From the NCBI GenBank assembly GCA_002811645.1, contig PDIP01000078.1, positions 68,559 through 130,944 of the forward strand: a stretch of DNA of 62,386 nucleotides, read 5' to 3'. Below are positions 9,394-19,521 of the stretch, piece by piece. This DNA is from Corallochytrium limacisporum Hawaii (taxonomy: Eukaryota; Protista; Pluriformea). Numbering within the stretch: position 1 is the stretch's first letter; each line of letters begins with the position of its first letter. A program made the translations under genes and the position numbers. The notes under the pieces were generated by a model, which saw only the letters and a program-made list of their open reading frames with translations, had not been told where the DNA came from and ran no database searches.

Positions 9394-12258
9394 TTACCGC
9401 AGAGATGCCTCTGTCTCTTTCAATCGCTCGACGAGCTTCACGAGCTCCGTATGCTCCGTGAGGCCCTCCATGACTTGCGCCGATCGCTTGACAATGGAAT
9501 TCAGCGAGAGGACAGTTGAATGAATCACGCGTGGATCGTTCAGATCTAGTGCGCTAGTGGCCAGCCCGGTACCCACATGCGCGACTGCGCGGAAGGACTC
9601 GACATCTGTCTCCCAGGAGGTCTCGTTGCCGCTGTGCTGCAACTGCACAGCCTTCATTGCCTTCAGCAGACAGTCGTGAGCCCGAGCCGGATCGCCACCC
9701 ACCGGCACTGACAGTTCGTTCGGATTAGTCACCACGCGCTTCGGCTCGTCTGCGCCGCTGACCGGAGGTCCAGCTCGAAGCATTTCAGCGAGCATGATCC
9801 AGAGCTGCGGTTCGTTGCTGATGCGGCCCGTGAGTTTTGTTAGGAGAGCAACAATGCGCGCGTAGCGGCGAGCACCACCCTTCTTGCCACGGTAATCCGG
9901 CAGATCGTCTAAGGTGCTCTCTACGAGGATCTGGATCATGCGCAAGTCGCAGTAGCCGGATTTGGTAACGCCTTTGAGGTACTGCTGGCTACCAACGCGG
10001 GTGTCCTGTGGTCCCTGACCGTGACCGGAACCACCGCGACGTTCAACCATTTCAACCAGCGTCTCGTGGGCGCGTAGCACACCATCGTAGCTTCCAACGC
10101 GGGCGGCGACGACCATGTAGTTCTCCCAGATCTTCCAGTTATCGTGGGCGTGCTTGAGGGATTCGGTAAGCGCGTGAAACGCGCTTTGGACGTCACCTTC
10201 CTTTAGGTAGAGCGACGCAAGATTGTTCCAGCTCTCAGGGTCCTCATCAGCTCCCAGAGCAACGGTGCGCTTAAAGGCAGCAATGGCAGTCTTTGAGTCC
10301 TCGAGCTGTATCGCTGCGCATCCAAGCGTGAACCACGCGCCGGAGTTGGCCGGATTCAAGGCCACAGCCTTTTGCAAAGAGGCCAGGGATTCAGCGAAAT
10401 TTCTGCGATGAAACATGGCCAGACCGTGGCTACGCATGGCACGGGCATGCTTGTGCCCGCTGACTTCGAAGGCTTTGATGTAGTTCTCCGGATCTCCAGT
10501 GATATCACCCAGAGCGCACCAGAGTTCTGGCGTGTCCTCAACAGCTAAACGTTCGCGTGCGAGAGCCTCTGCTTCCTCCTTCTTATCCATAATCATCAAA
10601 CAGGCCACAGCTTCATCCCAGCGCTCCATTTCCTTGAACATCTCCATGGCGGTGGCAGCAACACCGATAGAAATATACTTCTCTGCAAGTTCCTTACGCA
10701 GATTCCAGAGCGGTGGGAAGGCCACGAAGGAAGCAAAACGAAGCCGTTTGGCAGGCGCCACCTCCGTGTCGTTGAATTGGTCAACAAGCGCCTGCATCTG
10801 AAGCACACCACGTTCGACGGTGCGGGACTTGTTCGCCTCCAATCGACTGCGCAGCAGCAATGCCATGGTGTAGACCATCCAATCTGCACTATTCTCTAGA
10901 ACACGCTGTACGTAGCCCTGCATCTCTTCAGTTGTAAGTCCATGGCGTGGATTGTTGTTCTGCACATTCATGCAAAGACCGAGGACGATGGCCTGGTCCT
11001 TGGCACCGAGATGGGATTTGATTTCCGCTATGGCCTTTTGTTGGTCCTCTTTCTCCTCTTCACCTGTACCATGCACGTGAGTGTAGGCAATCTCGTCGAG
11101 CAGGACGTCGTCGTTAAGAGATACATTCCTTGGTGCATGGGTGTCACCTGGGACTGAAGAACCCGTCTGGCCATTACTACTTTCGCTTACTTCCGCTGTC
11201 GGCACCGCCCGCAGTGCCAGTTGTGCGGTGTCAAAGGTCTGGAACTGCGTTCTGCGACCCAGTACACCAGTCATGGTCAGTTTGAGCCCGGATACCACTT
11301 GAGCATTGAGCATGGCTGCGCGGGACTTAATGCCATCTCCCGCGATGTGGTAAACCATGCCCAAATCAAGCTGCAAGAAAACGTGCGCCTCACGCAGTGC
11401 CCGTTCGTCCAAGATGCCCAGCCCGTACTGAACATTCCCGTTCTCATCTTTGCGGGTCAGCAGGGGTTCCATGCAGGCTACAATCCTCTCCATTGTTGTG
11501 ATGGCCCGCATCGTGACACTGTCCGTTCTTTCATCGATCAGCTCGTGCTGAGCGCGGAGACTGCGGACCAGCAAAAGGTGGCGCAGCAGCGTCAATGGAG
11601 ACGCTTTGGCAGCCGTCGCCGTCGTCGCCGCCACAACATCTGCAATGGTTAACGCTGTGAAAAGCAGCAGCGTGTGCGGTGCTAACCGGTAGCATCGCTC
11701 ACCATCGACATCCATAGCAGCGGCAACGCTTTCATTGCATTGCTTGGTCAAAGCGTCCGTCCATTGGTTGCCTGCGGATGTGTCATCGATGGCCTTGTCG
11801 TTGGCCCTGCTCAGAACATTGGGTAGTGTGGCCTCTATACTCAGTTCCGGACCGGTGATATTGTGCTGTGTGTAGCACTGTAGCAGGAACAGACCCACAA
11901 GAGTGGAGCGGATGGAGTTTGACAGCGCGTGGGTACGGTCTCGCACTGCAGACCGGAGTTCCCGCAGGGCGGCGTCTGCTCTGGCTTTCTCCGCAAAACT
12001 ATCCGCAACAAACACTGCTTCCTCGCGTCCATCGAGGCGCAAGTGCTCTAGTAGAGCCCGGACCGCCAGATTCTTAGGTTCTTTCTCTGTGGCCGCTAAC
12101 CTCAGCAGCTCACCGCAGCGTCCTTCGCAGAGGGCCTCCGCCAGGGCCAAGTCCGTGTCATCGTTGCCATCTTTAACTTGGTCCAGTAGCCTACTGTCGC
12201 CCAGGTAGACCACGAGCTGGAGAGCGACCTTTGGATCGTACGTCTCCTCTCTACTCAT
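9394..12258 (-). CDS. TTC27: TPR-repeat protein TTC27/Emw1
   Basis: LQCYTQHNITGP, GVLGRRTQFQTFDTAQL, LNDDVLLDEI, WMVYTMALLLRSRLE..SRTVERGVLQMQALVD and C-terminal TPRs (ESWNNLAS, NWKIWENY). First ATG is 12258. Confidence 0.9.
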   Translation of the reverse strand: MSREETYDPKVALQLVVYLGDSRLLDQVKDGNDDTDLALAEALCEGRCGELLRLAATEKEPKNLAVRALLEHLRLDGREEAVFVADSFAEKARADAALRELRSAVRDRTHALSNSIRSTLVGLFLLQCYTQHNITGPELSIEATLPNVLSRANDKAIDDTSAGNQWTDALTKQCNESVAAAMDVDGERCYRLAPHTLLLFTALTIADVVAATTATAAKASPLTLLRHLLLVRSLRAQHELIDERTDSVTMRAITTMERIVACMEPLLTRKDENGNVQYGLGILDERALREAHVFLQLDLGMVYHIAGDGIKSRAAMLNAQVVSGLKLTMTGVLGRRTQFQTFDTAQLALRAVPTAEVSESSNGQTGSSVPGDTHAPRNVSLNDDVLLDEIAYTHVHGTGEEEKEDQQKAIAEIKSHLGAKDQAIVLGLCMNVQNNNPRHGLTTEEMQGYVQRVLENSADWMVYTMALLLRSRLEANKSRTVERGVLQMQALVDQFNDTEVAPAKRLRFASFVAFPPLWNLRKELAEKYISIGVAATAMEMFKEMERWDEAVACLMIMDKKEEAEALARERLAVEDTPELWCALGDITGDPENYIKAFEVSGHKHARAMRSHGLAMFHRRNFAESLASLQKAVALNPANSGAWFTLGCAAIQLEDSKTAIAAFKRTVALGADEDPESWNNLASLYLKEGDVQSAFHALTESLKHAHDNWKIWENYMVVAARVGSYDGVLRAHETLVEMVERRGGSGHGQGPQDTRVGSQQYLKGVTKSGYCDLRMIQILVESTLDDLPDYRGKKGGARRYARIVALLTKLTGRISNEPQLWIMLAEMLRAGPPVSGADEPKRVVTNPNELSVPVGGDPARAHDCLLKAMKAVQLQHSGNETSWETDVESFRAVAHVGTGLATSALDLNDPRVIHSTVLSLNSIVKRSAQVMEGLTEHTELVKLVERLKETEASLR

Positions 12259-12935
12259 GACTCCGCATGTATTGGTCCCCGACACTGTTCTTGATAGATT
12301 GTCATGGTTTCGTGTGGTTCTTGTTCCGTCTGTCTTCCAACCTTGACTTACCAAGTACCTACGCTCAAGAGCTGTGAGTGTACGTATATGCGAATCCACG
12401 TATGAACACACAGACGTTCAAAGCAAAGAGAACAGTCGCGATCATACGGCCGACTTTCCGTCTGGAGTTGCCATGTGAGACCCGCTCCCAATATATTTTT
12501 GTGGGCAGAGCCACACTAACTCCGCCCCCCGCCCTCCCTTTTACCCTGAGGGTCAGCCCATCTGATTCCATTAGTAAAATCCACAAAATATTTTAAACAA
12601 GTGAATCAAACACAATCCCTTTGTCACTCCAGGGGTTTGTTTTCTTCGGGGCCCGCCCAGGGCTCGCGGATGCGCGCGGTACCTTGAGTACGAGTCGACG
12701 ATTGGGCTCTGTCCAGTGCGCATAGGCGGGACCGCTTTGCCACCTGCACAGTTTGCGTCTTGGCCTACTCAGATGCTGTTTCTACACAGTGCCGTTTAGT
12801 TTTCCTCTCTCCGTTTTATTTTTTATATTTAGATTTGACTGTGGCCTTAATTAGTGATCATCGGCTGGGTATTTCTTAATTTACAAATTGTGTAGCTCTA
12901 CGTGAAGAAATCCACAGATAACATGGGCTCGTTAG

Positions 12936-14504
12936 ATGCAGGGATTTGAGTCGGTCACTAGCCCTGTACCAAAACCACAAAAGACCAAAATGGTACACAG
13001 AAAAAACGACCCGGACTGTTGGCCAGTGCGCCGGGCCATTGCTCCGTCTGAGGGCAGATCGTTCCTTTCACCTTCGCTGTCATGGATGTACTTGACAGGG
13101 ACTGCTGTGCCTGCGACGGGGATGCATGTGGGAGCTGTACAAGGGTCTGATTCGGACGATGATGACGACGGTGCGGACGCACGGGCCCAATTGGCACTCC
13201 ATCCGTTGATGGAAAAAGTCGAACTTACCCAGTTGAGCGCGCTGGAGGCCGCAATCACAGAAATTATCCTCGAACATCAGTCAAACGGAGAGCACTGTTC
13301 ATTTGATGACATTCTCGAGCATGTGAGCCACCGTTGGCACAAACTCAGGCGCAAGGACGGTATTCCGTACCATACGAAGATCCGCACTGCGGTTGAACGT
13401 GTTCTACACGGTAGTGGCAGTAAATTCCAGCTCTTCCATTATGACGCGGAGCACGGCTACGTACTCAGTAGTGATACCCCGCGCAAGGCTGGAGAGAAGG
13501 AGAAGGAGAAAGATGAGGACGGAAATGATGTCGAAGATGGCGATGAGGACAAAGATGAGGAGAATGAAGGACTGGAAGAGAAGAGCAGGAAGATCCGCGA
13601 AGAACTGGGCGTTAGCGAGCTGCAGGCGACCGTTGTGGACGCGATCTATACCAACGGTGGCACCAAGCTGGACATTGACTCCATTATTGAGCACGTCTCT
13701 AAGTTTTGGAGCTCTCTGCGTAAGAAGGACGGCACGCCGTACTCCGGTGATATTCGCAAGGCTGTGTTGAGCTCGTTATCCGGTAGCAGTCAGGCGTCCT
13801 CTCGATTCTTCTTCCGGGACTCGGAGGATTCCAATTTGTGGCATATCAGCAAGCACGCGCTGTCCTTTGTAAAGCAAGGTGGTCTGGGGCGGGCGGTGGA
13901 TGTCGAGGTGGATGAGCCGGACGCCGATGCACCGAAGCTGGATGATGACGAGGAGGCCGCCGGAGAAGGTGCTGGAGATGCAGGCGAAGGCGGCGATGAC
14001 GAAGAGGAGGACCTTGACAAGATTACTGACTTCCAGGTGCTGATTATGAAGTGCATCTTTGACTACAAAGACAGCACACGCGTGGGCTATTGCCCCATGA
14101 GCGTGATCGAGACAAAGATTTCCGAACACTGGGACGTGCTCAAGGACAGCACCGACTGTCCAGAGGTCAAGGCGCATCCGGATGATGTTTCCGCTGCAGT
14201 CCTGCAGGCCCTTGAGAAGGGCCAGAAGCAAGGTGTCTTTGCCAAGGTTAACGCCCAGAATAACACTTGGAATGTGGAGCGGGGCCAGCGCCAAGCTCAG
14301 GGCCCGCGCTTGGCAAACATTAGCACGCTGATTCAGCACAAGGCCGGACGTAAGAGCTCTGCAGACGACGCTGCGGAGGCAGCCAAGGAGGCTGAGGCTG
14401 AGGGTGAAGAGGAAGAAGAGGACGAAGAAGCCAACGGCAACAATGAGGAAGAACCCGAAACCGGAAAGGAGGAGAACGAGCGAAAGCGCAGACGTCGGGC
14501 CTGA
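12936..14504 (+). CDS. Putative nuclear protein with three tandem winged-helix-like repeats and acidic linkers
   Basis: 522 aa ORF with three ~80 aa units (e.g. ILEHVSHRWHKLRRKDGIPY / IIEHVSKFWSSLRKKDGTPY / IETKISEHWDVLK), D/E-rich spacers and a terminal RKRRRR NLS-like motif. Confidence 0.8.
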   Translation: MQGFESVTSPVPKPQKTKMVHRKNDPDCWPVRRAIAPSEGRSFLSPSLSWMYLTGTAVPATGMHVGAVQGSDSDDDDDGADARAQLALHPLMEKVELTQLSALEAAITEIILEHQSNGEHCSFDDILEHVSHRWHKLRRKDGIPYHTKIRTAVERVLHGSGSKFQLFHYDAEHGYVLSSDTPRKAGEKEKEKDEDGNDVEDGDEDKDEENEGLEEKSRKIREELGVSELQATVVDAIYTNGGTKLDIDSIIEHVSKFWSSLRKKDGTPYSGDIRKAVLSSLSGSSQASSRFFFRDSEDSNLWHISKHALSFVKQGGLGRAVDVEVDEPDADAPKLDDDEEAAGEGAGDAGEGGDDEEEDLDKITDFQVLIMKCIFDYKDSTRVGYCPMSVIETKISEHWDVLKDSTDCPEVKAHPDDVSAAVLQALEKGQKQGVFAKVNAQNNTWNVERGQRQAQGPRLANISTLIQHKAGRKSSADDAAEAAKEAEAEGEEEEEDEEANGNNEEEPETGKEENERKRRRRA

Positions 14505-14718
14505 ACTTGCAAACCCGTTTAATCGAATAAAAAGAGAGCTACAGGACCATAGAGACTTGTTCCAATTTGTAACCAGCCGTGGAATCAACTATGTAATTTA
14601 ATCAGATAGATGACAGTGCATCAACTGGCACTTCGTTCACCAGCTCTGCCACGTGTGCTCTCTAGAATCAAATGCAAGATGCAGCCTTGAAATATTGCTC
14701 ATCCAAAAATCTACCGTT

Positions 14719-15726
14719 TCAAATGGCATTGAAAGACTTGAGCCACCCTGTGTACAGCTTCATAGACTGCTCCGGGTCTTCCCACTGGGGATAGTGACCA
14801 ACATCGTTCTCCATGAGATGCACGGGGGCCTTCTTAGCGTCGAGCTTCCGTCCCCACTCTTCCGCGGCTTGCCTTCCACTAACCGGATCAGCCGGACCAT
14901 TCATCATGACCGCTGGGACATCCACATTCAGCAGAGTCTTCACCCACCGATCTCCGTACACATTGCGTTCATTGAGGTAGGTGATGAGCTTGTCGTAGAC
15001 AAGCGTGCCTTCTTTGTAGGTGATCACGGCCCAGATTTCCTGAATCTCCTCGTCAGTGGGCTTGGTGTTGGGTCCGAAGACCTCACTGAAACTGCGCTGG
15101 AACATGAAGCGGTTCATTATGCGTGTAAAGAAGGGACCGAGGTAAGGGTTCAGGAGCGCTTTCTGCTGCCACATGGTGTTGTGAAGGTACGGGAAGATGC
15201 CACCGTTGAAGAAGCCAATGTCCGTCTGCCGCACCTTGGCTTCGCCTTGCTGCTGACGGTACATGAGTTCCTGCATTACTGTAGTGCCGTAGTCATGGGC
15301 CATGTAGGCAGCTTCTTTGATTCCCAGGTGCTCTGCCAATGCTTCTGCAATATCTGCCTGCTCAAGGACAGAGTATTTGTGGTCGTACGGCTTGTCGCTG
15401 AAACCAAAGCCGATAAAGTCGAAGGAAACAATCTTCTTGTAGATCTTTTTAAGGTCGGGCATGATTTTCATATAGTCGTAAGCAGAAGTTGGAAAGCCGT
15501 GAAGGAGAATCAGAGTGTCCCTCGGACCAGTTCCTTCGTCGATCCAGTACTTGATCTTGTGTACACCATCAGATGCCTTAAACATGAAATCCTTTCCACG
15601 ACTCTTGTACGCCTTCAATTCTGGGCTGAAGTTCACTGTCTGGCTCGGTCCCACACTCGCATACAGCAACACAATGCTCACAACAGCCACGAAGGCGGCA
15701 GTGACGACACTAGTTCTCCATTCCAT
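14719..15726 (-). CDS. MEST: MEST-like alpha/beta hydrolase with N-terminal signal anchor
   Basis: LLHGFPTSAYDY oxyanion motif, DFIGFGFSDKP, AHDYG nucleophile elbow, NGPADPVSG, GHYPQWEDP; hydrophobic N-terminal helix. Confidence 0.88.
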   Translation of the reverse strand: MEWRTSVVTAAFVAVVSIVLLYASVGPSQTVNFSPELKAYKSRGKDFMFKASDGVHKIKYWIDEGTGPRDTLILLHGFPTSAYDYMKIMPDLKKIYKKIVSFDFIGFGFSDKPYDHKYSVLEQADIAEALAEHLGIKEAAYMAHDYGTTVMQELMYRQQQGEAKVRQTDIGFFNGGIFPYLHNTMWQQKALLNPYLGPFFTRIMNRFMFQRSFSEVFGPNTKPTDEEIQEIWAVITYKEGTLVYDKLITYLNERNVYGDRWVKTLLNVDVPAVMMNGPADPVSGRQAAEEWGRKLDAKKAPVHLMENDVGHYPQWEDPEQSMKLYTGWLKSFNAI

Positions 15727-16367
15727 TGTTGTGCTTTCTTCTAGTGCTTTCGATTCAAATAAGGATAAAGACTAGAGCGGGCCTAGAAGCTTAATCCTGT
15801 TGATCCACGGCGGTTTTAAGTACCATATTCTGTCGTGTTTCGCTTCGCAACCACAGTAGATAGTCGGAAGGCCAACATGAAACGGAATATCACGCCAAAC
15901 AGTGGACACGGAACGGAGTTTATGCGAGATTATGCGTGGACAGTTGCGCAGTGTGTACTCACTCACTATGGGCGCAGTCCCACCACGTCACCGCCGCACC
16001 ACTGTCGAATAACCCTACTTCAACGCCAACCCACACAGGCTTTTCTTAAAATGAGTTGTCAGTACATTCACTGAGGACCACGATCAGCAGGGAGGAGAAT
16101 TTTTGGAACCGGCCAGCCTAAGCAATCGTAACATTCAGTAGTGACTCTACTGACATGACAAATGGATGGGGTCAATTTCTTCTCAGTATAGGTTCATCGA
16201 TACGTCTGTCGGCAGGCGTGGTGAATGTATTGGAATGCTGTTGAGACGATGTTTATTTAGCAGAAAAAGGTCTCTGGCAAATGACGGGTGTGTAGAAAAT
16301 CGAACGAAAGGGGACGATCACAATGTCTCCGGATGAGGATGGCGGTGATGCAGTTGTCGAACATTGA

Positions 16368-16967
16368 CTATGGCTCAGCCCCGACGCTAGCCTTTGAATA
16401 AATGCGTACAGTTGGCATGCCTTGCGCGACCGAGATTTCTCGGCGCGGCTCCCAGTCTTGAGGATGGTACGTGTACGTTATGATCCGTCGCCGATCAGAG
16501 CTAGCAAGAAATGCTCTCAAACTCTTTTGAACCTGAGCATGGTTGATGAAACGGTCAACCATGAACATGTAGATGCACACTACCGATCCATCGAAGGTCA
16601 TTGGTTTGAAGGCATCGCAGTGTTTGAAGATTACATTCTTTCCGGCAAAGCGCTTCTCGGCTGCTGTGAGGAGAGAACGCTGGTTGTCCATCCCTTGCAA
16701 TTGGCACAGCATCTTCTGTTCCTTACTACTCGGATCATTCATTTGATTCAACACGTGCTCGAGGAAGTCTCCAGTTCCGCAACCAAGGTCGAGAAAAATT
16801 TCATTCCGTCCCAAGTCAGGAATTTCATCACAGAGTGCTGCGTATGCAATCTTTGCCGCCGATTTAGGTGTGCCAACATCCGGTGCTTGTTTGTGCAATG
16901 ATCCGTATGGCATCACCTCACCGTCTTCAAGGCTGCCACCCGGAAGGTCGGCGAAGAACTCTGCCAT
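16368..16967 (-). CDS. Class I SAM-dependent methyltransferase (FAM173/protein-lysine MTase-like)
   Basis: Motif I FLDLGCGTG, post-I LQGMD, CIYMF and RIITYTY...WEP. First ATG is 16967. Confidence 0.75.
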   Translation of the reverse strand: MAEFFADLPGGSLEDGEVMPYGSLHKQAPDVGTPKSAAKIAYAALCDEIPDLGRNEIFLDLGCGTGDFLEHVLNQMNDPSSKEQKMLCQLQGMDNQRSLLTAAEKRFAGKNVIFKHCDAFKPMTFDGSVVCIYMFMVDRFINHAQVQKSLRAFLASSDRRRIITYTYHPQDWEPRREISVAQGMPTVRIYSKASVGAEP

Positions 16968-19521
16968 TAGTATATCATAGTATGTACCCTTATATGGTGG
17001 ACGCCAGATCAACCCTCCAATGATCCACACACACGTACTGACCAAGGCCTATTGCATGCAAAGATTGAACTACATAGCTTTCCTTCTGATATCATTACTC
17101 ACTCGGAGTCCAGTATTTTGTTCATCGCCCCGCAAAACCCCTAAACTCTGGCGAACCAATAGAAACCTTGCCCCTTGCTCAAAAAGGGAAGGAAATTATT
17201 GAGGCAATATAAAGGCTTGCAGGAAGGGGCCGCTCCCCCCTCCCCACCATTTCCCTTTTTTTCCTCGCTCACGGCCATTTTAAGTCTGTGGGCCGCGTGA
17301 CAAATATCTCCACTGATGGATTAGTGAGTTATCTACCGCTCTCCTCCACCGTTGTATTGGGCCATCAATCGGGCTCCTCTGCTGCCTAAAGCAGGGTTTG
17401 CATAGTGTGACGTCTTCCGTTCTGCGGCGGATGCACCGTGGTTACTTCGTCATTATCCGTGACTGTCCAATAGCTGTGGCCAGTTTTTCTTCATACTCAC
17501 AACGACCGTTCACTGTGGGCCGATGAAATTTTCAGACAGGCAGAGTGTGTGCCGGGAGGGCTGGTGGCGGAGAGAGGGATGGCCGATCGGAGGGGGCCTT
17601 TGTGGGCGGGTGGTGACTATCCCACCCCTCCCCAGCCCAAGGTACTAGGTTCCCCTCAGGCCATGAGAGAACGATTCATACTCTCCACTGCGTGTATAAA
17701 TCGAAGCGTTCTAAACTCCTAAGCAGCCGCCCAACAGCGTCATTCACTCCGTGGAATTGGGCCTTTGAATGATGGACTCTTATCGCGTGGCCATGGCTTG
17801 CGCAGACACTGAGGCTACTGCCATGAACACAAGCTCAAACTGATTGTACTTGGTACCGTAGATTCCGGCCGTGCTCAGATTTTGTGCACGGCACACAACT
17901 CATGAAGACATTGCTATGTGAATCTGCAAGAGAGTCTAGTGTTGTCCGAAGCACTGCGCATAACATGTCCTGACACTTCAAAAAAAGAACAGCCACAAGA
18001 GAGGCGAGGATGCGCACATTGCTCAGCTTCACATGTGTTGTTCAGCTGGTTGAGGATCCTAAGTCGGTGATCTGGCCATTTTGAAGTCATCGCGCATGAC
18101 CCAAATGCATGCTCCTCCGGGCGAGTGTGAGAGCAAGTGAGGTAATCCTAGACAGATCGTAGAGTTGAAGAAAAAACTGTCGGGCCTACCCTGCCACTGT
18201 CTCCGGGGCCAAAGAGACGAAGGTATCCCACTGCCTCCCAGAGTCTGGCGCTGGCAAAGCAGGACAGATCCGGGAGGCTCAGAAACGAGGCATTGGTACC
18301 GGAGACAGCACACGAGGTAAGGAGAGGAGGAGTCCCTGTTTGTCCATTGGTTCCCGCCCGGGGGTAAGGGGGGGGGATCGAGGTAGTGTGAGAGAGAGTT
18401 TCGGGGTAACGGAGACTGGCTAACCGGCTCGGGAAAAATGGCAACAGTCGGCAAGAGAGAGAGAGAGAGCTGGCTCAGGAGCACCGAGAGCAGGGGGACT
18501 GGCGAGAGGGTGGGCGGCCAAGAGCTCTTTGTCAGCACAAACCAGAAGCGCCAAGAGCGCATAGGCCAAAAAACCCATGGAGCTGCACAGACTCGCACAG
18601 TGGGGGGAGGGGAAGCGTGTGTGTGTGTGATGGGGGGGAACCAATTGTTAAGAGGCCAGAGAGGGAGAAGAGCCCAGCCAGAGCGCTCCTGAGCTACCAA
18701 CGATCATCATCGTCCGCCCATGATCGTTTTCCATGCACTCATTAATTGCCCGGAACAGAACGTGAAAAGAGACAAGACTCAGCGAAGAGAAATACACCTG
18801 CTAAGACTGGGACCTTTGTAACCCAAGTCATCGTACCCGGCGACATTCCTCTTTAGCTCCAAGAGCTACCAGCAATAACCACGCTGAGGGCAACGCACTT
18901 TGCTAAACGTGACCGTGTGTCTGGCGCTCCATGCGTATCACATTGACCGCGACCATAAAAGTCACCAGGCCAGTGGCAAGCGATAGAGATAGTACGACAG
19001 GGCCACGAGCAGGAGGCGGACGGAGAGAGAGGAGGGGATGGGTACCACAGAAAGAATTCGTGTACGTGTCCCGGAGAAAGGGCCACGCATTAGAGATGAT
19101 CGAGTGGTTTTGGGCACAGGGCAGTGAAGTATGGGAGGAGTGGAGAGGGGGGGGGGAGGGGTTTGTATGTCTGCGTGCGGGTCGAGGGAGCTCTCAGCAG
19201 GAGAACAGGAGAGTCAGAGACCCGGTCAAAGGGGTTGGTCTCCGCTCCCAATCCTAAGCCAGCCAGTGCCAGTGGCGCGTTGAGAGAAAAATAGGTGGAA
19301 GGGTGAGTACCGGAGTAAAGCTATTTCTGTATTCAACGCCAGTGAGACTGCGTCAGCAAACGAGCAACAACGGGATCGTGTTCGATCTTTTGACTTATAT
19401 ACGGTCTGGTAAAGAAGAACCCGTCCGCCAAGAGGATAGACCTCGTATTGCGCTGGTGAGAGCGATCCAGCCGCAAAGTATTGAGAGGTTGGACGCGGAG
19501 TAAAGAATAATAGTTCTGAAT

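Noticed and set aside
12467-12481. RFX X-box-like GTTGCCATGTGAGAC upstream of TTC27, plus half-sites near 45200 and 61900
   Set aside because: Imperfect matches that are expected by chance at this degeneracy.
14653-15744. 363 aa plus-strand ORF
   Set aside because: Antisense shadow of the MEST-like gene; no motifs.
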